DNA of 64,000 bases, taken from positions 11,374 through 75,373 of the forward strand of contig JAZLKZ010000107.1 of assembly GCA_045597845.1 (NCBI GenBank). Reading direction: 5' to 3'. The position numbers and the translations under genes are program-made. Origin of the DNA: Bacteroidales bacterium. GTDB taxonomy: Bacteria; Bacteroidota; Bacteroidia; Bacteroidales; P3. Below are positions 38,970 through 50,140 of the stretch, in pieces (the first letter of the stretch is position 1; each line of letters starts with the position of its first letter). The notes under the pieces were generated by a model, which did no database searches, was not told where the DNA came from, and saw only the letters and a program-made list of their open reading frames with translations.

Positions 38970-41900
38970 CTACTTACGCATAACTTTACGAATCACAATG
39001 CCTTGATTCAAAGTAATGCGAACCGTGTAGATGCCCCGAGTCAAATGACCGAGATCGATCTGGTTGGTTGCATCGGACTGGATTACCCTGCGGCCAAGGG
39101 CATCGAAGAGTTCCACTTTTTGCATGCCTTCAGCTTGGAGATTCAATATGCCCATAGTGGGGTTAGGATAAATGTGTACATCAACATCTTCCACATTATC
39201 GATTGCAACATTCTCGGCAAACTCAGCGGAAAGTGTCACATTTTCAGACACTACGAAAGAGTATGGGTTGTCCGTGACTCCATTGTTCCAACGCACAAAA
39301 TGGTAGCCATCGAAAGGCGTAGCCGTGAGAGTCACCATAGCGCCAGCTTCATAGACGCCGCCACCTGAGACGGTTCCCATATCAGGATTGGAAGAAATGA
39401 CCGTAACGGTATAGGTGATGGGGGCGTTTTGGGCGAAAGAAGCCGTATAGGTAGCGTTGCCTGTAACGGTAATGGTACGCGGATTGGAGGTGTTGCCATC
39501 CTGCCAGCTCACAAAGTGGTAGCCAGCGTTGGGAGTAGCGAGAAGCGTTGCCGTAGCGCCAGCAGCATAGCTTCCGCCACCAGTAACGGTGCCCATGGCA
39601 GGATCAGAGGAAGTAGCAGAAATTACATAGTCGCCTGCCGTTTCAGCAGTAATGGCGCGAATCATCCAAGTGTAGTCTTAGTCACCGCCTGAAGCAGCCT
39701 GAACTGAGGTCCACGACGAACCGTCCAAAGAGAGCATACTACCATTGTAATCGCCCGTAAAGTCACAACTTGCTGCCGGATAATCAACATCTTCCGTATA
39801 GAAAGTCACCCACAAAGGTTGAGAGGCACTGAGTGCGACGGGTGTATTGATATGGATGGTTTTCCAAGCATTTTCGTCAGCCGTTGCATAGGTTTGACTC
39901 TGCGTACAGGCAAGAGTCAAAGGTGCAGTCGAGCCACCTTGATAAATATTCAGTTGATAGGAGCCTGCCCCACTGCCAGGAACATAAAGCATCACATCGG
40001 TAAGGTAGTTACGTCCAGCCAAAGCATTCGCCTCGAACTTGATACCCCAATAAAACTCAGATTGTGTACCAACAGAGGTGGCGAAGGTGCCATTGTCGTA
40101 ATACAAAGTGTCGCCCCAAATAGAGGCAAAAGTAGCCGTATAGGTAGCGTTGCCCGTAACGGTGATCGTGCGCGGGTTTGTGGTGATGCCATCCTGCCAC
40201 TGAACAAAACGATAGCCGCTGTTGGGCGTGGCATTCAAGGTAACAGAAGTTCCTTGCGGATAGGAACCGCCTCCTGACACAGAACCCATCGTATTGTCGT
40301 TCACTGCGGTAGTAATAGTATAGCTCGGCCCCGAAGCGGCGGTCAAGGAGATATCGTCGATTTTGAGCCAATACTGATCCGTGACGTTAAAATGGCGGAA
40401 AGCGATATGGACAGTTTGACCGGCATAGGCATCCAAGGAGACAGTTTTTTGTGTATAGGTCGCACCTTCAACAATTCCTTGATAGACAGCCGTGGTAAAA
40501 TCCGTAGTTGAAGAACCTGTAGTAGATACGTAAACAGCGTAATATTCATCAGGATAGTCCGCATCTTGGGCTGCAGCATACCACGAAAGCGTCAATCCAC
40601 TGGCAGGCACCACGATGGCGGGACTGATCATCCAGTTGTCGGGTTGCAACGCTCCAACATCATTAACGTATGAAGCCGAAGCCATGAAATACTCGCCTCC
40701 GTGAGCATATTCCCAACCCACAATGAACTCATCCGTCCAGCCATAGCCATCGCCATCGGAATCGACGAAGGTCCAACAGTCTACCGGATCATTCGATTCG
40801 AATCCCATTATATAAGGGAAAGTGGTGATGTCAGAACACGGATTGTTTACACAAGGAGCATTCACGACATAGTTTCCCGAAGCCGAAGGATTACTTTGAG
40901 AGAAGACAACGTCAACTGAGGCTGAGGAATCGACCCCATTGAGAGAGCCCACATAAAAAGTACATTCGTCGTCGTAAGCGCCAGGGTTCCAAACGAACTG
41001 GACAGGTGCTGGACATACAGGGATGATGTAGTAGGTTTGTACCCCCGTAGAAAGAGTATAGGTGCCATAGTCAAGTCCATCAAGCGACTGCACCGTCACA
41101 CTGGCACCGTTCCAACCATCACCATACGAATCCCTCAAAACAAGCATAATGTTACACATATCCGCAGTTGCGCAGCCCGACTGAGCGACATTGACCGTTG
41201 CCGTGTGTCCTCCATGGTTGACGGTAACCACTGCAGTGCGTGTAGCACCCGTATTATTAGCTGACGCAGAGATGGTAAGGTTAGTCACGGCACCGCTACC
41301 ACTTCCTGTAGCAGGAGAAATAGAGGCCCACGACTGACTGGACGAAGCCGTCCAAGAAGTGCTGATATTGGAGCAACTGGAGACGTGGACCGTTGCAGAC
41401 CCGCCTTCTTGAGGAAGCGAGACTAATTGTGGATCAACACGCAAGGACCCATCAGGCTCGATACCAAAAACCGCGCCATTGTTGAGGTTAAAAGTATAGG
41501 TGGCATTTCCTCCCGTTCCGCCAGGATTGGGATTCAATGAGCCAATGGTATAATAGCCGTCACAGTAGCCACCCCATCCCCAGTTGAAATGGAACTGGTT
41601 GTTGTTATTATATCCATCGCACACAAAGCAGTGTCCGCCTGAAGTATCAGAACCAGAATAGATGACAGGATGAGAGAGATCAAGATCGGCACGCAACATG
41701 TCCAACCACTGAGTATCGGTATAGAACTGCTTAAACTCGCCATGCAAAGTATTCTTATACTTGAAGTAAGTCTTGAGGGCGTTTTCGGCGGAAGGCAAGC
41801 TTTGACCATACTCGAACGTATAGGCACCACTGCCCGATACACCATAGTCCATTTCAATAGCAACCCCGATATGATAGGTCAATGTTGCCACCGCTGTCTT

Positions 41901-42602
41901 CTGAGCGGTGGACGACGAAGCAGAGAGACTATTGGGCATCTGAGACCAGTTATAGGTGGTGTTGGCGAAATCGGCACTCAAAGTTCCGTAAGTAGGGTGG
42001 ACAAAAGAGTGGGAGCCGACACCCGAGCTGGGGTGGTTCCAATACTTCATTACTTGGGAGGTTGCCGTCGCCACGCAACCAGCCACTGCACGTTCGCCAT
42101 ACTCGCTGTCGTAGGGACAGAGGTCGTTGTAGTAGGGAGACTGGTTCCAAGTGGTTGTCAGCAAAGGCGACACCGTAGTAACCACTTGAGGCGCATTGTC
42201 GCGCTGAAGTTGTTCCCACTGTTGCTGCACAAAATCGGTAGCAGCGACATCATGCTCCTTCAAGTAGCGAATCTCGCGTTCATAGTCCCGCAGCCAAGCG
42301 GCAGCATTAACGGGCATGTTCTCGATATCTATCGTGCTGTTAGTGGAATAACCCAAAACAGGGAGCGCACGGTCGTCTCCAGACACGATGACAAATCCTT
42401 TTCCCTCGGTGTTGACAAAGAGATACAACTCCGTAAAGGGAGAACGAATCATCCTGAAATTTGCCGAATGACTATTGTCGGACAGGCTGTTCCAAAAAAG
42501 CTCAGCAACACTTTGTGCCTGCTTTTGTGATACGGGATTTGCCACAAGCGTTTCCGCAAAAAAACAGCACAACAAGGCTAAGAGTGTGAATGTCTTTTTC
42601 AT
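38970..42602 (-). pseudogene. C10-family cysteine peptidase (propeptide, C10, BACON, adhesin-like and Listeria-Bacteroides repeats, T9SS CTD) with an in-frame TAA at 39678-39680
   Basis: Propeptide GFVIVSGDDRALPVLGYS, catalytic Cys AGCVATATSQVM, catalytic His GGHCFVCDGY. ORFs 39678-42602 and 38970-39665 share the same frame (..ASGGD*DYTWMIRAIT..). The T9SS sorting domain (..IYPNPTMGILNLQ..) is only in the distal piece. Confidence 0.8.
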
Positions 42603-42673
42603 AACAGTATTATAATTAGGTTATCCCCTATATCTGCAGTTGCGACGATAGGGGATATTGGGTTTTGCAATGA

Positions 42674-44062
42674 TTAAATCTCGGCAATCACCTGTTGCGC
42701 TAACTCGTTGGCTCGCGCTTCGGTATGTGCCTCGCTGTAGATACGGATAATAGGCTCGGTATTGGATTTGCGCAGATGTACCCAACCATCCTCAAAATCA
42801 ATCTTCACGCCATCGATGGTGGTAACTTGGCAATTCTTGTCTTTTCCGTATTTTTCGGCAATCTTGCGCAGCAAGGCGTCAACGTCCATGTCGGGCGTAA
42901 GGTCTTTGCGGTTCTTTGAGATGATGTAGTCGGGATAGGTCTTGCGGAGTTCGCTGACTTTCATACCCTTCTTGGCAAGCAAGGTTAGGAACAAAGCCAC
43001 ACCTACGAGTGCGTCGCGACCTGCATGGAGGGCGGGATAGATAACGCCTCCATTGCCCTCGCCACCGATAACGGCATTGGTCTCACGCATCTTAGTGGTT
43101 ACGTTTACCTCACCTACAGCGGCTGCCGAATAGCTGCAGCCTGCATAGCGAGCGGTAACATCACGCAATGCGCGGGAAGAAGAAAGGTTGGAAACAGTAT
43201 TGCCCGGCGTGTGCGACAACACATAGTCGGCCACGCTAACAAGCGTATATTCCTCACCAAACATCTCACCCGTTTCGCACACCAAAGCCAAGCGGTCAAC
43301 GTCGGGGTCAACCACGATGCCAAAATCGCAATGGTTGGCGGGAACAGCCTCGGCTATCTGGGTAAGATTCTGAGGAATAGGTTCCGGATTGTGGGCAAAA
43401 TGGCCCGTAGGTTCGCAGTTGAGTTCCACCACCTGATTTACGCCTAAAGCACGAAGCAGTCGAGGGATGGCGATACCGCCTGTGGAATTGACGGCATCAA
43501 CAGCCACCTTGAAATTAGCTTTGCGAATGGCATCCACATCCACTAAGGGGAGCTGGAGTACCAGTTCGATATGTCGGTCTATGGTGTTCAGGTCTTCGGT
43601 CACTTGGCCGAGGTCGTCCACTTCGGAATACAAGATTTCGTTGCTTTCGGCAAGACGCAGCACCTCTTGACCCTCAGCGGCATCGATAAATTCCCCTTTC
43701 GCGTTAAGCAACTTCAAGGCATTCCAATGCTTAGGGTTGTGCGAAGCGGTGATGATGATGCCGCCATCGGCATGCTTGTCAATCACAGTCATTTCGGTGG
43801 TAGGCGTAGTAGAAAGGCCTGTCTCTATCACATTGATACCCATTCCTTGAAGCGTGCCCACAACCAAACGATCCACCATGGCTCCCGACAAACGGGCATC
43901 GCGACCTACTACAAGGGTAAGCGGTGTTTGGGAAGATTTATTGCGTTTGAGAAATGTTGCAAAAGCGGAAGTGAATTTCACCACATCGATGGGGCTGAGG
44001 CCTTCGCCGGGAACGCCGCCAATGGTACCGCGAATACCCGAAATTGACTTAATAAGAGACAT
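42674..44062 (-). CDS. glmM: Phosphoglucosamine mutase
   Basis: Contains GIRGTIGG, the active-site TASHNP, and the DPDVDR metal loop. Confidence 0.9.
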   Translation of the reverse strand: MSLIKSISGIRGTIGGVPGEGLSPIDVVKFTSAFATFLKRNKSSQTPLTLVVGRDARLSGAMVDRLVVGTLQGMGINVIETGLSTTPTTEMTVIDKHADGGIIITASHNPKHWNALKLLNAKGEFIDAAEGQEVLRLAESNEILYSEVDDLGQVTEDLNTIDRHIELVLQLPLVDVDAIRKANFKVAVDAVNSTGGIAIPRLLRALGVNQVVELNCEPTGHFAHNPEPIPQNLTQIAEAVPANHCDFGIVVDPDVDRLALVCETGEMFGEEYTLVSVADYVLSHTPGNTVSNLSSSRALRDVTARYAGCSYSAAAVGEVNVTTKMRETNAVIGGEGNGGVIYPALHAGRDALVGVALFLTLLAKKGMKVSELRKTYPDYIISKNRKDLTPDMDVDALLRKIAEKYGKDKNCQVTTIDGVKIDFEDGWVHLRKSNTEPIIRIYSEAHTEARANELAQQVIAEI

Positions 44063-44318
44063 GACGATTAATAGAGTTAAGAATTATTGAGTTAAGAAAT
44101 ATAATCACCAGTGACCAGAGACCAGTCACTAAAGTATTGCAAAAATACATATTATTTTTTATTTGGCGACCATCAAAAAAAAACGACATAATCGCGCCAT
44201 TGACATACTCAAGATAAAACAATGCAAATTATTTAGTTATACATAATCAACATTTCTATTTTGATTTATACTTATATACACTTTTCATTTTTCATTTTTT
44301 ATTTTTCATTTATTTCTG

Positions 44319-44326
44319 TATCTTTG
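44319..44326 (+). promoter_or_regulatory. Candidate -7 promoter box (TATCTTTG)
   Basis: A TAnnTTTG match 86 nt upstream of ATG 44412, preceded by tandem TTTTCAT(T) repeats. Confidence 0.4.
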
Positions 44327-44411
44327 CTTATTTGAAAATATTATCCTATCATTGCTATACATCTCTATTTCAACAAGAAAAAGAGATGTTTGAGTAGTTA
44401 AAAGTAATATT

Positions 44412-45032
44412 ATGCACATCGCTATAGCAGGAAATATCGGATCAGGCAAGACAACCCTCACAAAATTGCTTGCACGTCACTATGGTTATCGAACCTTGTT
44501 CGAGAGTGTTGACAACAACCCTTATATCAATAGTTTCTACGAAGATATGCGTCGTTGGTCGTTCAACATCCAAATCTACTTTCTCCACACCCGCGTAAGA
44601 CAATTGTTGGAGCTGAGCAAAGAGTCCAACAACATCATACAAGACCGTACGCTTTACGAGGACGCATACATTTTTGCGCCTAACTTGCACGCTATGGGAC
44701 TGATGAACACTCGCGACTTTGAGAACTACCTGCAGACGTTTGAATTGATTTCTTCGTTCATACAGCCTCCCGACCTGCTCATATATCTCCGTGGCGAAGT
44801 GCCTTCGCTCATCAGGCAAATACAGCATCGCGGCAGAGACTACGAAAGCGCCATTCGATTGGACTACCTCACCAGCCTCAACCAACGCTACGAGAACTGG
44901 ATTGAGGGATACAACAAAGGCAAGCTGCTTATCATCGACATCGACGAGCTCAACTTTGCCGACAAGCCCGAAGACCTTGGCGTTGTAATCAACAAAATCG
45001 ACGCCGAATTCAACAGTCTGTTCAGCGATTGA
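44412..45032 (+). CDS. Deoxynucleoside kinase
   Basis: P-loop GNIGSGKTTL and the dNK family pattern (RWSF..QIYFL, DR). Confidence 0.9.
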   Translation: MHIAIAGNIGSGKTTLTKLLARHYGYRTLFESVDNNPYINSFYEDMRRWSFNIQIYFLHTRVRQLLELSKESNNIIQDRTLYEDAYIFAPNLHAMGLMNTRDFENYLQTFELISSFIQPPDLLIYLRGEVPSLIRQIQHRGRDYESAIRLDYLTSLNQRYENWIEGYNKGKLLIIDIDELNFADKPEDLGVVINKIDAEFNSLFSD

Positions 45033-45093
45033 TAATTGTTGGTTTTTCTGTTGATCAAACTTACGCTGCCTTAACTCATTAACTTCAATCCAA

Positions 45094-45861
45094 TTGAACA
45101 CCCTTATCGTCATACCAGCCCGTTATGCCTCAACCCGCTTCCCCGGCAAGCCCTTGGCATTGCTTGGCGGCAAGCCCATTATCCAATGGGTGTGGGAACG
45201 CGTAAGCGCCATGCCCGTCGAGGCCGTGGTTGCCACCGACGACAGCCGCATTCTTGAAGCCGTGCAGACTTTTGGCGGCAAGGCTATTATGACACGCAGC
45301 GACCACCACAGCGGCACCGACCGTTGCGGCGAAGTATTCTTGGCCCTCGAAGCCCAAGGCAAACATTTCGACATCGTGGTGAACGTGCAAGGAGACGAGC
45401 CTTTTGTGAAACAAGAACAGCTGAAGCTGCTCATCGACAGTTTCGACAACCCCGACGTACAGATTGCCACGCTGAAAAAATGCATCAACAGCGACGAAGA
45501 ACTCAGCTCGCCCAACAATGTCAAAGTGGTGGCAGGCATCCACGGCCGCGCACTATATTTCAGCCGCCAGCCCATTCCTTTCGTTCGCGGAGCTGCGTTC
45601 GGTAACTGGCGAGAAAAACAACAATACTATAAACATATCGGCATCTACGCCTTCCGCACCGAAGTACTCAAGAAACTCATTCAACTTGCACAAAGCCAAT
45701 TAGAAAAAAGCGAATCTCTGGAGCAACTACGCTGGCTCGAAAACGGATTTTCCATCTATGTGAAAGAAACAGCCTTCGAGAATATCGGAATCGACACTCC
45801 CGACGACCTCGCCATAGCAGAACAGGCCTTGAAACAAAGCCATACCAACTCGTTATTTTGA
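45094..45861 (+). CDS. kdsB: 3-deoxy-manno-octulosonate cytidylyltransferase
   Basis: Contains IIPARYASTRFPGKPL and VNVQGDEP. The called start is TTG. Confidence 0.92.
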   Translation: MNTLIVIPARYASTRFPGKPLALLGGKPIIQWVWERVSAMPVEAVVATDDSRILEAVQTFGGKAIMTRSDHHSGTDRCGEVFLALEAQGKHFDIVVNVQGDEPFVKQEQLKLLIDSFDNPDVQIATLKKCINSDEELSSPNNVKVVAGIHGRALYFSRQPIPFVRGAAFGNWREKQQYYKHIGIYAFRTEVLKKLIQLAQSQLEKSESLEQLRWLENGFSIYVKETAFENIGIDTPDDLAIAEQALKQSHTNSLF

Positions 45862-45877
45862 ATAAAACACACTCAAT

Positions 45878-47746
45878 ATGAATATTACAGACCTTATCGT
45901 AGATTTATTACAACAGGGAAAGAACGTTGAAATACCTGGCATTGGAACTTTGAGAACCGAGATGCAAGCAGCGCATCACGACCCCAGAACCCACACCTAT
46001 TATCCTGCCCGCCGCGTAGTGGCCTATTCCGACATTCAGAGTGGCAGCCACGACCTCATTGACGTCATCGCAAAGAAAGAATGCGTCAACGAGGAGATTG
46101 CAGAGATGATGTTGAAGAACTACGTTAGTGCATTGGACGGCAAACTGCAACGAGAAGGCTGTCATACCTTTGCCAACATCGGAACCTTGACCAAAAACGA
46201 GTCAGGATTTGGATTCTGTCCCGACAGCAACTTTGGCGTTGAGAAAAACAACATTGCAGAAAGGCCCATCGAACACATCAACACCTATGTTCCCAAGAAA
46301 TCCGATCCTTTTGCAGCCTTTGAGAAACCAGCAGAAACTCCTCAACCTGAGACGGAAAAACCCATTGATGCAGTTCCAGCTGTAGAAGAGGTTCCCACTC
46401 CCATAGCAGAACCCGAACCTGTTGTAGCAGCAGCCGAGCAAGAGGCAGCAACTCCCGCAGAAGAGCATCCCCAGACAGAGAAAACCGAAGTTGCGCCCGA
46501 TTCCGTAGAGTGCGAACCAATCCAGGAAGAACCTAAAACCGCTAAAGTTGAAGCCGCATCTGAACCCTCACCCGAAACGTCAGAGCCATTGATGCAAGAG
46601 CCCATCTCCAATATAGAAGAGCCCGTTCTCGCAGAAACCGTGCAAAACAGCGAACCTCAGGCAACAGACTCAGCCGATGACACCAACGAGCTTTTGCAAC
46701 AGCTCGACGCCATTCCCGATGCACCAAAGACCATAGAAAAAGAGGAGAAGAAAAAGAAGAAAGGTTGGTTGTGGTTGTTCATCATCCTGCTTCTTCTTTT
46801 AATTGGCGCCGGCGCATACTACTACTTCGTTTACCTGCTCTCGCAGCAACCCACAACGGCAATGGAACAAACCAAAGATTCTGTCGCCATTCAAGACACC
46901 GCCACACCCAATGCATTGCTTGGCACCGACAGTCTGACTCTTACCGAAACCACCGACAGCAACGCCCTCGCCAATGAAGATTCCGTCGCAAATACCGACG
47001 TTGAAAATATTCCCGTCACGGCTTCCAACACCCACAAATGCGACCTTTTCTCAAACACCAACATCTTCACTTTCAACACCGATAGAATTGCATACTCGCA
47101 AGAAGAGATTGACAACTTGTCGGTAAATGTGCGCAACTACCTGAACGACTATGTTGACAGCTACCTGAAAGCCGAAGGCTACGCCACCGCCAAGGACGTA
47201 CTGATGGACAGCGTGGAACGCTACGCCAACAGACGCATCGGAGAGTTGCTCGACAACAACAAATACTGTGTGCAGAATTTCATTCCTTACAACGACTACA
47301 CACACAACTTTGTAGAACCTTATCTAAAAGACGCCAAAGCCAGCAAGGCACGCACTACAGTCCAGACCGAAATCATGAACGTCAGCTATCTGGCTCCTAC
47401 GCTCAACGGCATCATCGACGCACTGCAGCTTACGCCCGAAGCCGTGGCAAAACCCAAAACCACAGCCACCGCTCCCAAGCAAGCCGAGCCAAACTACGGC
47501 AACGTCAATTTCGCATCACAGAGCAAGAAAGGATTCGACATCATCGCAGGATTCTTCAAGAACAAGAGCGGCGCCGCAAAACTCACCCAAAACCTTAAAG
47601 CGCAAGGCTGCGACGCCTACATCATTTCCACCAGCAACGGACACTATGTCAGCATGGGAAGCACATCCAACCGCACCCAAGCCGATGCCATGTACAATCA
47701 CATCAAATCGTGGTATTCCGGCGACGTAGTTATCAAGCAATGGTAA
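45878..47746 (+). CDS. HU-like N-terminal domain / TM / SPOR-domain protein
   Basis: HU-like N-terminus (DLLQQGKNVEIPGIGTL), an acidic Pro/Glu-rich linker, a TM helix (WLWLFIILLLLLIGAGAYYYFVYLL) and a C-terminal SPOR-like domain (GFDIIAGFFKNKSGAAKL..). Confidence 0.7.
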   Translation: MNITDLIVDLLQQGKNVEIPGIGTLRTEMQAAHHDPRTHTYYPARRVVAYSDIQSGSHDLIDVIAKKECVNEEIAEMMLKNYVSALDGKLQREGCHTFANIGTLTKNESGFGFCPDSNFGVEKNNIAERPIEHINTYVPKKSDPFAAFEKPAETPQPETEKPIDAVPAVEEVPTPIAEPEPVVAAAEQEAATPAEEHPQTEKTEVAPDSVECEPIQEEPKTAKVEAASEPSPETSEPLMQEPISNIEEPVLAETVQNSEPQATDSADDTNELLQQLDAIPDAPKTIEKEEKKKKKGWLWLFIILLLLLIGAGAYYYFVYLLSQQPTTAMEQTKDSVAIQDTATPNALLGTDSLTLTETTDSNALANEDSVANTDVENIPVTASNTHKCDLFSNTNIFTFNTDRIAYSQEEIDNLSVNVRNYLNDYVDSYLKAEGYATAKDVLMDSVERYANRRIGELLDNNKYCVQNFIPYNDYTHNFVEPYLKDAKASKARTTVQTEIMNVSYLAPTLNGIIDALQLTPEAVAKPKTTATAPKQAEPNYGNVNFASQSKKGFDIIAGFFKNKSGAAKLTQNLKAQGCDAYIISTSNGHYVSMGSTSNRTQADAMYNHIKSWYSGDVVIKQW

Positions 47747-47817
47747 TTAGTGAATTGTGGCATCTTTATTAATTCTCCATTCATTAAGTTCCTAACTCCT
47801 AACTCTTAACTTCCCCA

Positions 47818-48504
47818 ATGGGTCACCACAAACTCGAACATTTCGCCGAAAACCTCACCTTCCCCAACCTGTTTCAAGTCTCTTATGAAATGCTGAAGCA
47901 GGAAGGCTTCGCCTTGCGCGGCCGCTGGGCCGAACATTTTGGCAACAACAACCCCATCACATTGGAACTGGGCTGTGGCAAAGGCGACTACACTGTGGCT
48001 TTGGCGCGCATACACCCCGACCGCAACTACATCGGCGTAGATATCAAAGGTGCCCGCCTGTGGCGCGGCGCAAAGACCGCCCACGAAGACCACATGGACA
48101 ACGTGGCGTTCATCCGCACCCGCATCGAGCTCATCGAACAGTTTTTCGCACCCGAAGAGGTCAGCGAGATTTGGATAACATTCCCCGACCCGCAACCCAA
48201 GAGGCCCAACAAGCGATTGACTTGCGAACGTTTCCTTGGCTACTACAAGCACTTCCTCAAACCCGGAAATCCCATCCACCTCAAAACCGACTCGCAGGAA
48301 TTGCACGAATACACCCGCGACGAAGTAATTCCCGAAGGCCGCTACACGGTTGAATATGCCACCAACGACCTCTACGCCACTCCCGCCGAGGTTCATCCCG
48401 ACATTCCCTGTCTGGTGGAGGCACAGATGACGCAGACCTTCTACGAACGCATGTTCCTCGCCGAAGGCAAGCCCATCACCTATATCAAGTTCAGAATAAA
48501 TTAA
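47818..48504 (+). CDS. trmB: tRNA (guanine46-N7)-methyltransferase
   Basis: SAM motif ELGCGKGDY and FPDPQPK. Confidence 0.92.
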   Translation: MGHHKLEHFAENLTFPNLFQVSYEMLKQEGFALRGRWAEHFGNNNPITLELGCGKGDYTVALARIHPDRNYIGVDIKGARLWRGAKTAHEDHMDNVAFIRTRIELIEQFFAPEEVSEIWITFPDPQPKRPNKRLTCERFLGYYKHFLKPGNPIHLKTDSQELHEYTRDEVIPEGRYTVEYATNDLYATPAEVHPDIPCLVEAQMTQTFYERMFLAEGKPITYIKFRIN

Positions 48505-48534
48505 TCAAATAATAACAAATTAAATCATCACATT

Positions 48535-49278
48535 ATGTCAGGACACAATAAATGGTCAAAGATTAAGAGAGCCAAAGGTGCAGCTGATGCAAAACGCTCC
48601 AAACAGTACTCCAAAATTTTGAAAGAAGTTGCCGTAGCCGTTCGCGAAAGCGGTCCCGATCCCGACAGCAACCCCCGTCTGCGTCTGCTCGTGCAGAATG
48701 CTCGTGGATGCAACATGCCCAAGGACACCCTGATGCGTGCCATCAACAAGGCAAGCGACAAGGATGCAGCTGTTTTGCAGGAAATCACCTTCGAGTGCCA
48801 CGCCAACCACGGCATCGCCCTCTTCATCGAGTGTCTCTCCGACAACAATATGCGTACCGTTGCCAACGTACGTAGCATCATGAACAAGTTTGGCGGCACC
48901 ATGGAAACCAACGGCAGCCTTAGCTTCCTCTTCACCCGCAAAGGCGTGTTCGTAATTCCCCGCAAACCCGAAATGGACGTCGAGGAACTTGAAATGAACC
49001 TTATCGACGGCGGTCTCGAAGAGATGGAAGTGGATGACGAATACCTCACCCTCTACACCGCTTACGAAGACTTCGGCAACATGGTCAAGATGCTCGAAGA
49101 GATGAAGATTGAGTGCGAAAGCGCAGAGCTCCAGCGCATTCCCAACACCACCCGCAGCATCGACGAAGACTCCATGCGCAAGGTATTGAAGGTCATCAGC
49201 ATGCTCGAAGATGACGACGACGTTACCAACGTATTCCACGACATGGAAATCCCCGATGACTTCGAAGAAGAAGAATAG
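48535..49278 (+). CDS. YebC/PmpR-family DNA-binding regulator
   Basis: Contains MSGHNKWSKIKRAKGAADAKRSK. Confidence 0.95.
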   Translation: MSGHNKWSKIKRAKGAADAKRSKQYSKILKEVAVAVRESGPDPDSNPRLRLLVQNARGCNMPKDTLMRAINKASDKDAAVLQEITFECHANHGIALFIECLSDNNMRTVANVRSIMNKFGGTMETNGSLSFLFTRKGVFVIPRKPEMDVEELEMNLIDGGLEEMEVDDEYLTLYTAYEDFGNMVKMLEEMKIECESAELQRIPNTTRSIDEDSMRKVLKVISMLEDDDDVTNVFHDMEIPDDFEEEE

Positions 49279-49301
49279 TACATTGCTTCACACCAATAGA
49301 T

Positions 49302-49340
49302 AAAGTGTAGGGTTCCGCACTCTACACTTTATCTTTATGT
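49302..49340 (+). terminator. Candidate intrinsic terminator after the yebC-like gene
   Basis: The stem AAAGTGTAG/CTACACTTT (49302-49310 and 49322-49330) is followed by a T-rich tail. Confidence 0.5.
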
Positions 49341-49419
49341 TGGATTAGCGACTAAAGTAATGTTGATTTTAAGGTTAAACTCCTAACTCTAAACTAATTT
49401 TCAATTCTCAATTAATTTA

Positions 49420-50097
49420 ATGCGTCTCTATCTCGTTCCTACTCCTGTCGGCAATCTCGGCGACATGACCTTTCGCGCCGTGGAGGTGCTGAAATCCGTT
49501 GACCTTATCTTGGCGGAAGACACCCGCACCTCGCGTGTACTTATGCAGCACTACGGCATCACTACGCCGTTGCAGTCCTACCACATCTTCAACGAACATC
49601 AGATTGTCGATCAAATCGTTGACAAGATTCTCAGTGGAATGGACATCGCCGTGGTGACCGATGCTGGCACGCCGGGCATCAGCGACCCAGGATTTCTCTT
49701 GGTTCGCGAAGTGGTGAAGCACGACATCGAGGTGGAATGCCTGCCCGGAGCAACAGCTTTCGTGCCTGCACTTATCGACAGCGGCTTGCCTTGCGACCGA
49801 TTTGTCTTCGAGGGATTCCTGCCCCACAAAAAAGGCCGTCAGACCAAGATCCAGAGTCTTGCCGAAGAGACGCGCACCATGATCATCTACGAGTCGCCCT
49901 TCCGCTTGGTCAAACTGCTGGAGCAACTCATCGAAGTGCTCGGACCCGAACGGCAAGTGAGCGTATCGCGCGAAATCAGCAAGCTCCACGCCGAAACCGC
50001 CCGTGGCACCCTTCAAGAAGTATTCGACCACTTCAACAGCAAAGAGGTCAAAGGAGAGATTGTCGTCATCCTCGCCGGAAAGCCGAATGGTGAATAG
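49420..50097 (+). CDS. rsmI: 16S rRNA (cytidine1402-2'-O)-methyltransferase
   Basis: Contains LYLVPTPVGNLGDMT..AEDTR and DAGTPGISDPG. Confidence 0.93.
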   Translation: MRLYLVPTPVGNLGDMTFRAVEVLKSVDLILAEDTRTSRVLMQHYGITTPLQSYHIFNEHQIVDQIVDKILSGMDIAVVTDAGTPGISDPGFLLVREVVKHDIEVECLPGATAFVPALIDSGLPCDRFVFEGFLPHKKGRQTKIQSLAEETRTMIIYESPFRLVKLLEQLIEVLGPERQVSVSREISKLHAETARGTLQEVFDHFNSKEVKGEIVVILAGKPNGE

Positions 50098-50140
50098 AGA
50101 CCTTGACCTTGACCTTAACCTTAACTAATTCTCAATTCGT

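Noticed and set aside
44281-44312. Tandem TTTTCAT(T) repeats as a microsatellite-type contingency locus.
   Set aside because: The units are short and imperfect, they lie in a promoter-proximal AT-rich spacer, and they affect no reading frame. They are noted only as context for the promoter box at 44319-44326.
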